Shown here: positions 56,839 to 64,000 of the stretch, in pieces | Position numbering within the stretch: position 1 is the stretch's first letter | Layout of the letters: each line of letters opens with the position of its first letter | Origin: Acidobacteriota bacterium | Lineage (GTDB): Bacteria; Acidobacteriota; Blastocatellia; Chloracidobacteriales; Chloracidobacteriaceae | NCBI GenBank assembly: GCA_035335845.1 | Contig: DAOQNB010000001.1 | Location: 509-64,508, forward strand | Length of the DNA stretch: 64,000 bases | Direction of reading: 5' to 3' | Notes under the pieces: model-generated | Seen by the model: the letters and a program-made list of their open reading frames with translations, nothing else | Database searches by the model: none | Told to the model about the DNA's origin: nothing | Translations under genes and position numbers: made by a program

Positions 56839-58914
56839 ATGAGTACACCACGCCCATCTGGTTCAGTCGATACATTGTGCGTGAATGCGATCCGCACCTT
56901 ATCGATGGATGCCGTGCAAGCCGCTAACTCAGGTCACCCAGGAACCCCCATGGCCATGGCGCCTGTTGCCTATACACTCTGGAATGAATTTCTCCATTTT
57001 GATCCCGAAGATCCAATCTGGCCCAATCGGGATCGCTTTGTTTTGTCCATGGGGCACGCATCAATGCTGCTCTACAGCATGCTCCATTTGACAGGTGTCA
57101 AAGCTGTCAATTCCGTGTATGAAAAAACTGGTGAACCATCGGTTCCACTTGATGATATCAAACGCTTTCGCCAGCTTGACAGTCGCTGCCCTGGTCACCC
57201 GGAATACCGCTGGACCTCCGGGATCGAAACCACCACCGGGCCGCTGGGTCAAGGCATTGCCACCAGCGTCGGGATGGCGATTGCCGGCAAATGGCTGGGC
57301 GCCACGTATAACCGACCGGGGTTTGATATTTTTAACTATCGGGTGTATGCGTTGTGTGGTGATGGATGCCTGATGGAAGGAATTTCCCAGGAAGCCGCGT
57401 CGCTGGCCGGGCATTTAAAATTGAACAATCTGTGCTGGATTTATGACAACAATAAAATCACGATTGAGGGAAATACATCCTGGGCCTTTAGCGAGGACGT
57501 TGCAACTCGTTTTATCGGATGCGGCTGGAATGTAACCCGCGTCGGGGATGCCAATGACCTCGATATGCTCCGGCGCGCCTTTCTCACTGCCCAAAAAGAG
57601 TCTGACCGCCCCACCCTCATTATCGTTGATAGCCATATTGCCTATGGCGCTCCGAATAAGCAGGACACCCACGCCGCTCATGGCGAACCGCTCGGCGAAG
57701 AAGAAATCCGACTGACAAAGCGCAACTATGGCTGGCCTGAAGATGCCAAATTCCACGTTCCCGAAGAAGTCTATGAACACTTCCGTAAAGGAATCGGCGC
57801 CCGTGGCCACCAGGGACGAAACGAGTGGATCGTCAAATTTAACGAATACAACAAAGCCTATCCCGATCTGGCCGAACAGGTTTTTCGCATGCAAAAACGT
57901 GAACTTCCCGAAGGCTGGGACAAAGACCTCCCGACCTTCCCGGCAGACCCCAAAGGCCTGGCGGGTCGTGATGCCTCTGGAAAAGTTCTCAATGCACTGG
58001 CCAAAAATGTTCCGTGGTTGATTGGTGGCTCAGCCGACCTGGCCCCCTCGACCAAAACCCGACTGACCTTCCCCGAAGCCGGTGACTTTACGGCTGACAA
58101 TTATGCCGGGCGGAATTTCCATTTTGGTATTCGGGAACATGCCATGGCCGCGGCTCTCAACGGGCTCTCCTTGTCCAAGATTCGCCCGTACGGCTCTGGT
58201 TTCATGATTTTTTCAGATTACGCCCGGCCATCCATCCGGCTCAGCTCGATTATGGAAATTCCAACCATTCATATTTTCACCCATGACTCAATCGGAGTGG
58301 GCGAGGATGGACCAACGCACCAGCCCGTCGAGCACCTGGCCTCACTGCGGGCCATTCCTGGACTGCTGGTGATCAGACCAGCCGATGCCAACGAAGTCAC
58401 TGAAGCCTGGCGAAACATCATGCAGATTAAACATGAGCCTGTGGCATTGATTTTGACCCGCCAGGCCCTCCCAACCGTTGACCGGACCCGTTTCGCCAGT
58501 GCTGAGAACGTCAAATATGGGGCCTATGTCCTGGCTGACCCGCCGGATGGTGCGGCGCCAGATGTCATCCTGCTCGCTTCTGGATCCGAAGTTTCACTGT
58601 GTGTTGAAGCCTATGAACAACTGACCCGCGAAGGCATCAACGCCCGCGTTGTGTCCATGCCCTGTTGGGAAATCTTTGAACATCAGTCGGCTGAGTATCG
58701 CGAGTCAGTGATTCCAGATTCGATTCAGGCCCGCGTTGCGGTCGAGCAGGCTTCCACTTTTGGGTGGGGGCGCTATGTCCATCATCGTGATGCCATCATC
58801 GGCATGCACACCTTCGGTGCCAGTGCGCCACTCAAGGAACTGACCAAGAAATTTGGATTTACCCTTGAAAATGTGGTGGCTACGGCCAAACGTGAAATCG
58901 AACGCGCCAAATAG
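56839..58914 (+). CDS. tkt: transketolase
   Basis: SGHPGTPMAMAP, the ThDP motif GDGCLMEGISQEA and HDSIGVGEDGPTHQPVEHLA. Confidence 0.96.
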   Translation: MSTPRPSGSVDTLCVNAIRTLSMDAVQAANSGHPGTPMAMAPVAYTLWNEFLHFDPEDPIWPNRDRFVLSMGHASMLLYSMLHLTGVKAVNSVYEKTGEPSVPLDDIKRFRQLDSRCPGHPEYRWTSGIETTTGPLGQGIATSVGMAIAGKWLGATYNRPGFDIFNYRVYALCGDGCLMEGISQEAASLAGHLKLNNLCWIYDNNKITIEGNTSWAFSEDVATRFIGCGWNVTRVGDANDLDMLRRAFLTAQKESDRPTLIIVDSHIAYGAPNKQDTHAAHGEPLGEEEIRLTKRNYGWPEDAKFHVPEEVYEHFRKGIGARGHQGRNEWIVKFNEYNKAYPDLAEQVFRMQKRELPEGWDKDLPTFPADPKGLAGRDASGKVLNALAKNVPWLIGGSADLAPSTKTRLTFPEAGDFTADNYAGRNFHFGIREHAMAAALNGLSLSKIRPYGSGFMIFSDYARPSIRLSSIMEIPTIHIFTHDSIGVGEDGPTHQPVEHLASLRAIPGLLVIRPADANEVTEAWRNIMQIKHEPVALILTRQALPTVDRTRFASAENVKYGAYVLADPPDGAAPDVILLASGSEVSLCVEAYEQLTREGINARVVSMPCWEIFEHQSAEYRESVIPDSIQARVAVEQASTFGWGRYVHHRDAIIGMHTFGASAPLKELTKKFGFTLENVVATAKREIERAK

Positions 58915-58926
58915 CTTTTCAATCAA

Positions 58927-59045
58927 GAGCGAAGGAGCGAAGGACCGAATGAGAAGCCCCCAAAATTCTCGTCGATGACACACCTTGCTCCTTTGCTCCT
59001 CGCCATTTGCTCCACCACTCCTCACCCCTTGCCCTCCCTTCGCTC
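58927..59045 (+). repeat. inverted arms built from octamer-like tandem repeats (GAGCGAAG family) downstream of tkt
   Basis: The left arm is GAGCGAAG GAGCGAAG GACCGAAT GAGAAG (58927-58956). The right arm (58983-59045) is a degenerate array of the complement (CCTTGCTC CTTTGCTC ... CCTTCGCTC). Pairing of the first two units needs G-U pairs, which are possible only in a plus-strand RNA. Confidence 0.7.
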
Positions 59046-59315
59046 AAGAATAAAGTTGATCCCTTCCCAAGTTTGGCTATACTGTGCGCCACATTTCGTC
59101 ATCGCTTGACTTATCTTCTCCCAGCTTTTGATTTTCACCAAAACTTCAACCCTCACCCAGGCAGGTGAGAATCAGCAACCAGCGGCCAGGTCAGTTACGC
59201 TCCAGCGATTGACCGGCTGGGGGAGTCGTTTGACCATTTCCCTACCTGCTCGGAGAATTGCTTTTAAGTCACCCGGCGATGGCATTCAATCGATAATTTA
59301 TGAGGACCAAAGCGC

Positions 59316-60773
59316 ATGCCAAGTAAGCTCACAGCTACAAAATCAATTGATGAACTCATGAAGGAATCCAACAACCCTGAACACGGGCTCAAACGTGCCC
59401 TGGGTCGGTTGAATCTGACAACGCTTGGAGTCGGCGCCATTATCGGGGCTGGTATTTTTGTCCTGACCGGTTCAGCAGCAGCCCAATATGCCGGCCCGGC
59501 GATTGTGCTTTCATTCATCGTGGCTGGAATTGGGTGCCTGTTCGCCGGGTTGTGCTATGCCGAATTCGCCTCCATGATCCCCATCGCCGGAAGTGCCTAC
59601 ACCTACGCCTACGCCACCATGGGAGAGTTCCTGGCCTGGATTATCGGCTGGGATTTGATTCTTGAATATCTGTTTGGGGCTTCCACCGTCGCCGTCGGAT
59701 GGTCAGGCTATATCGTCAGTTTCCTCAAAGACCTGGGTCTGGTCATCCCACCCGCCCTCTCCCAGGCCCCGCTGGCGTATAACGCCGCGACCCATGGCTG
59801 GACTCAAACCGGTGCCATGATGAATCTGCCGGCAATGTTTATTGTGGCCCTGATGACCGCACTGCTGGTCGTTGGGATTAAAGAATCCGCGTATTTTAAC
59901 AATCTGATCGTGATCATTAAGATTGTTGTGATCTTGCTCTTTGTCGGATTTGGATTTGCCTACATTAAACCAGCCAACCTGACCCCCTTGATTCCAGAAA
60001 ATACTGGAACGTTTGGCGTGTATGGCTGGAGCGGTATCCTGCGCGGCGCCGCGGTCATTTTCTTTGCTTACATTGGATTCGATGCGGTTTCAACCGCCGC
60101 CCAGGAAGCCAAAGACCCTCAAAAAGATATGCCGATTGGGATTCTCGGCTCCCTGGGAATCTCAACCGTGCTCTATATCCTGGTGGCCATTGTGCTGTGC
60201 GGCATTGTCCGCTATGACCAGTTGAATGTGGCCGATCCAATTGCAGTTGGGATTGATGCCGCCGGGGATGGCCTCAAATGGCTGCGCCCGGTGATCAAAA
60301 TCGGAGCCATTGCTGGGTTGAGTTCAGTGGTGCTGGTTATGCTCCTGGCCCAGCCCCGGATTTTTTACGCCATGTCCAAAGATGGATTGCTTCCAGCTTT
60401 CTTTGCCAAAGTTCATCCCACGTTTGGAACACCCTATATCACCACCATCCTCACGGGTGGCGTCGCCATGGTGGTGGCTGGATTGTTTCCAATTGGACTG
60501 CTGGGCGAACTGGTCTCAATCGGAACCTTGCTCGCCTTTGTGATCGTCTGCGTCGGCGTCATGGTATTGCGCTATACCAAACCCGATATTCATCGCCCAT
60601 TCAAAACCCCTCTGGTGCCACTCGTGCCGATCCTGGGTGCCCTGGTTTCACTGGCTCAAATGGCCGCCTTGCCGCTTGACACCTGGATCCGACTGGTGGT
60701 CTGGATGGCCCTCGGCATTGTGATTTATTTCACCTACGGCATTCACCACAGCAAAATCCAGAAAGTGCAGTAA
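59316..60773 (+). CDS. APC-superfamily amino acid permease (cationic amino-acid transporter-like)
   Basis: 485 aa with about 12-14 TM helices. The N-terminus reads LKRALGRLNLTTLGVGAIIGAGIFVLTG, and AYIGFDAVSTAAQEAKDPQKDMP is present. Confidence 0.9.
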   Translation: MPSKLTATKSIDELMKESNNPEHGLKRALGRLNLTTLGVGAIIGAGIFVLTGSAAAQYAGPAIVLSFIVAGIGCLFAGLCYAEFASMIPIAGSAYTYAYATMGEFLAWIIGWDLILEYLFGASTVAVGWSGYIVSFLKDLGLVIPPALSQAPLAYNAATHGWTQTGAMMNLPAMFIVALMTALLVVGIKESAYFNNLIVIIKIVVILLFVGFGFAYIKPANLTPLIPENTGTFGVYGWSGILRGAAVIFFAYIGFDAVSTAAQEAKDPQKDMPIGILGSLGISTVLYILVAIVLCGIVRYDQLNVADPIAVGIDAAGDGLKWLRPVIKIGAIAGLSSVVLVMLLAQPRIFYAMSKDGLLPAFFAKVHPTFGTPYITTILTGGVAMVVAGLFPIGLLGELVSIGTLLAFVIVCVGVMVLRYTKPDIHRPFKTPLVPLVPILGALVSLAQMAALPLDTWIRLVVWMALGIVIYFTYGIHHSKIQKVQ

Positions 60774-60792
60774 GTCCCCTGGCTTTTCCCCT

Positions 60793-60818
60793 GGCAGGTG
60801 ACGGTCCCGTCACCTGCC
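60793..60818 (+). terminator. intrinsic terminator after the permease gene
   Basis: GGCAGGTGACG-gtcc-CGTCACCTGCC forms an 11-bp perfect stem. A T-rich run (GGGTTCTTTT) lies 7 nt downstream. Confidence 0.6.
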
Positions 60819-61587
60819 ACGCCGGGTTCTTTTCCATCCAGTTCTGTCCCACCCGTGGTTCCCCACCAATCTCATTCCTCATATTTTGCTTGCCTTTCAG
60901 TCGGTTGTGCTGGTACAACACGCCTACCATCTTCATCTTCACACCTGTTCTCATTCAATTCCAATTCACGGTCATTCGCGCTCAGAAGCGTTCAAGGGGG
61001 AGTCTCAAGTCATGTCACCATCGGCACGGACCTCAACCGCGCCTTCGCTGCTGCAGATTTGCCTTACTACCATCCACACCGTGGCGATTGACGCCGTTCA
61101 GTTATTGTGTTCCATCGACTTTGGGGTTTCTTTCAGGCCGCACCCAACCGGTCTGGACTGTGGATTTGTGTTTGGAGTCACCGCTTCCGAAAATTCAACC
61201 CACCTGCCGCTTGCCGCCCCGACCTGTCTGGTCAGGAGGGATCCTGCCTCCGTTTTGGGAGCACGCGCTGGTTATCTATGAAGGTGCCCACATCGCCTTT
61301 TCAGCACGTGATGACCCAACTTTTCCGGAATAGACCTGGAACAGCCTGGATTCACGGCTGAGCACATCATCAATCGCTCTTACACCTTCCTGTGAAGTAA
61401 GAATTATGACTGATGAAACGAACTGACAGGCAAAATGCGGTCTTGCCCTTGCGATTATGCCCTGGTGAATCCGCTGGTCGTGGATCAACCTCCCTTGACC
61501 CATCGCCAGCCATCACCGCTCGGTTCATACTTTACACCACATCGTTTCCGTTAACCTTTGGTGAGCACAAGAAAGGCAGAGTATTCC

Positions 61588-64000
61588 ATGAATCCCCTGA
61601 AGGCTTTACACGAATATAAACAATCTCCGTGGCTGGACTACATCCGACGGAGCCTGATTACCAGTGGTGAACTCCAACGCCTGATCGATGAAGATGGGCT
61701 GATGGGGTTGACCTCAAATCCCGCGATTTTTGAAAAAGCCATTACCGGCAGTAATGATTACACTGATGCCATTGCCGAACTCGAATCTGAAAATCTTGAA
61801 GCGACCGAACTCTACGAGCGTTTAGCCATTCGCGACATCCAGGACACCGCCGATAGCCTGCGGTCAGTTTATGAAAAAACCAGCCGCCGCGATGGATACG
61901 TCAGTCTCGAAGTTTCCCCGTACCTCGCCCGCGATACCCAGGGGACCATTGACGAAGCGCGTCGGCTCTGGAAAGCCGTCAATCGGGAGAACTTGATGGT
62001 CAAAGTTCCGGCCACGACAGAGGGTGTCCCGGCCATCAAGCAACTGATCAGTGAAGGAATCAACATCAATGTGACCCTGCTTTTTGCCCAGGCAGCCTAT
62101 GAAGCCGTTGCCGAAGCCTATATCTCCGGCCTTGAAACGTTTGTCGCCAATGGGGGCGACCCAGGCCATGTCGCCAGCGTCGCCAGCTTCTTTATCAGCC
62201 GGATTGATACCGCCATTGATGCCCTGGCCCAGGCCAAACTGCAAGCAACCACTGATCCCGCCGAGCAGGCCCGAATCAAAAGCGTGATGGGCAAAGTCGC
62301 GATTGCCAACGCCAAAATCACCTATCAGGCGTACAAAGAAATTTATCACTCCAAACGCTGGCAGGCCCTGGCCGAAAAAGGCGCCCAAAGCCAGCGCCTC
62401 CTCTGGGCCAGCACCAGCACCAAAAACCCCAGCTTTCGTGATGTGATTTATGTCGAAGAATTGATCGGTGCCGATACCGTCAATACCGTCCCGCCAGCCA
62501 CCTTTGATGCCTTCCGCGATCACGGGAAACTGCGGGCCAGCCTCGAAGAAGATGTGGTTGGAGCTCACGATGTGATGGATACCCTCGCCGCGATTGGAAT
62601 TTCAATGGAGGAAGTGACCGATACCCTCCTGAGCGATGCCGTCCGGCTGTTTGCCGAACCGTTTGAGAAACTCCTCCGCTCAATCGACAAAAAGTGCAAA
62701 CTCGTCTCCTGGACTGAAGTCAACCGGCAGTCCTATCACCTGCCCGCCGAACTGGCGGCCCTGGTCAAAGAATCCATCGAAGACTGGCAGGTCAATGGCA
62801 AGGTCCGCCGACTCTGGGCACGTGACACCTCGCTCTGGACCCGGTCAGATGAAAATAGCTGGCTTGGCTGGCTCAGCATCATCGAAGACCAGCTTGGCGA
62901 CCCGGCTCACCTGCATCGCATTGCCGAAGACGTCAAAGCCGCTGGGTTTTCGCATATCCTGCTCCTTGGTATGGGCGGCTCCAGCCTGTGTCCCGAAGTC
63001 TTCAAAATGACCTTCGGCCACCTTGACGGCTTCCCCGAACTCCATGTGCTGGATTCCACCGACCCGGCCCAGGTCAAAGCCTTTGAACACAAAGTTGATC
63101 TGGCCAAAACCCTGTGCATTGTGTCGAGCAAATCCGGCAGCACGCTGGAGCCCAACATCTTCAAGCAGTACTTTTTTGAACGCTTAAAAGAAACCGTTGG
63201 CGCCGACCAGGCCGGCAGCCACTTTGTCGCCATCACCGACCCCAACTCCAAGGTCGAACAGATCGCCACCAGCGAAGGCTTCCGCCATATTTTCCACGGC
63301 CTCCCCAGCATTGGCGGACGATACTCAGCCCTCTCGAATTTTGGCATGATCCCTGCCGCCGCCATGGGGCTCGATACCCTTAAATTCCTTGACCTGTCCG
63401 AAGAAATGGCCAGCGCCTGCTCGCACTGTGTGCCGACCGGCGATAATCCCGGTGTGGTGCTGGGCAATGTGTTAGGCGCCCTGGCCCGTGCTGGTCGCGA
63501 CAAAGTCACGATCATTACCTCGCCTGATATCTGGGATTTCGGCGCCTGGCTGGAACAGTTGCTGGCTGAATCCACCGGCAAGGAGGGCAAGGGCCTGATT
63601 CCAGTGGATCGTGAAAACCTCGGTGGCCCTGAGGTGTACGGCAGTGACCGCATTTTTGCCTACCTTCGATCAGATAACGGCGCCGACCCGGCCCAGGATG
63701 CCGCGATTGACGCCCTCGAACAGGCCGGGCACCCGGTGGTGCGGATCAACCTGATTGATACCTATCACATCGGGCAGGAAATGTTCCGCTGGGAAATCGC
63801 CACCGCCGTCGCCGGCTCCGTCATTGGAATCAATGCCTTTAACCAGCCCGACGTCGAAGCCAGCAAGATTGCAACCCGCAAACTCACCTCAGAATATGAA
63901 AAAACCGGCTCACTTCCAGCCGAATCACCGTTCTTTGAGGCTGATGGAATCAAACTCTTCAGTGATGAAGCCAATGTCGCGGCCCTCACCGCCGCGGTCG
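61588..64000 (+). CDS. bifunctional transaldolase / glucose-6-phosphate isomerase, 3' end cut by the window edge
   Basis: This ORF is absent from the ORF track because it has no stop in the window. My translation from the ATG at 61588 begins MNPLKALHEYKQSPWLDYIRRSLITSGELQRLIDEDGLMGLTSNPAIFEKAI...VSLEVSPYLA...MVKVPAT (transaldolase). It continues with LLLGMGGSSLCPEV...IVSSKSGSTLEP...SIGGRYSALS (PGI SIS domains). The frame stays open to position 64000. Confidence 0.9.
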   Translation, partial: MNPLKALHEYKQSPWLDYIRRSLITSGELQRLIDEDGLMGLTSNPAIFEKAITGSNDYTDAIAELESENLEATELYERLAIRDIQDTADSLRSVYEKTSRRDGYVSLEVSPYLARDTQGTIDEARRLWKAVNRENLMVKVPATTEGVPAIKQLISEGININVTLLFAQAAYEAVAEAYISGLETFVANGGDPGHVASVASFFISRIDTAIDALAQAKLQATTDPAEQARIKSVMGKVAIANAKITYQAYKEIYHSKRWQALAEKGAQSQRLLWASTSTKNPSFRDVIYVEELIGADTVNTVPPATFDAFRDHGKLRASLEEDVVGAHDVMDTLAAIGISMEEVTDTLLSDAVRLFAEPFEKLLRSIDKKCKLVSWTEVNRQSYHLPAELAALVKESIEDWQVNGKVRRLWARDTSLWTRSDENSWLGWLSIIEDQLGDPAHLHRIAEDVKAAGFSHILLLGMGGSSLCPEVFKMTFGHLDGFPELHVLDSTDPAQVKAFEHKVDLAKTLCIVSSKSGSTLEPNIFKQYFFERLKETVGADQAGSHFVAITDPNSKVEQIATSEGFRHIFHGLPSIGGRYSALSNFGMIPAAAMGLDTLKFLDLSEEMASACSHCVPTGDNPGVVLGNVLGALARAGRDKVTIITSPDIWDFGAWLEQLLAESTGKEGKGLIPVDRENLGGPEVYGSDRIFAYLRSDNGADPAQDAAIDALEQAGHPVVRINLIDTYHIGQEMFRWEIATAVAGSVIGINAFNQPDVEASKIATRKLTSEYEKTGSLPAESPFFEADGIKLFSDEANVAALTAAV

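Noticed and set aside
61864-63653. Long minus-strand ORFs 61864-62568 (234 aa) and 62907-63653 (248 aa) from the ORF track.
   Set aside because: They lie antisense to the plus-strand frame, which translates into clear transaldolase and PGI motifs. Their own sequences are Gly/Arg/Ser-rich shadow-ORF products of a GC-biased third position.

Overview
This is a 64-kb chromosomal segment of intermediate GC content. I support about 45 protein-coding genes and one tRNA-Leu(UAG). I saw no rRNA, no CRISPR array, no transposase, and no integrase other than a XerC/D-type recombinase. The gene content points to an Acidobacteriota-like bacterium: a GWxTD protein, a DUF4388 protein, a CarboxypepD_reg outer-membrane protein, large TPR and beta-propeller proteins, and a sigma-54 regulator. 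That taxonomic call is inference only. Most of the window is housekeeping. DNA repair and maintenance genes are ogg, uvrA, ruvA, recN, ssb, a bifunctional nuclease, parA/parB and xerD. Metabolic genes are a NUDIX-folP fusion, coaBC, purS/purQ, glpX, tkt, a tal-pgi fusion and a peroxiredoxin. There are also several sensor kinases and transporters. The parts most worth a second look are listed here. (1) A solitary 1279-aa P-loop ATPase at 6841-10680 recalls BREX BrxC/PglY-class ATPases but has no partner genes. (2) An AT-richer island at about 19.5-24.4 kb carries a NACHT-HEAT STAND NTPase whose 5' end is interrupted by an in-frame TAG. (3) Two intergenic structures are built from short tandem repeats arranged as long inverted arms: heptamers at 52734-52953 abutting the tRNA, and octamers at 58927-59045 after tkt. 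(4) An 18-nt GC-rich palindrome recurs 23 kb apart. (5) An orphan EutN/CcmL vertex-protein gene sits with a small Cys-rich ORF next to glpX. (6) There are two uncharacterised radical-SAM loci. All functional calls come from motif recognition in the supplied translations and my own reading of the DNA. No database search was run.
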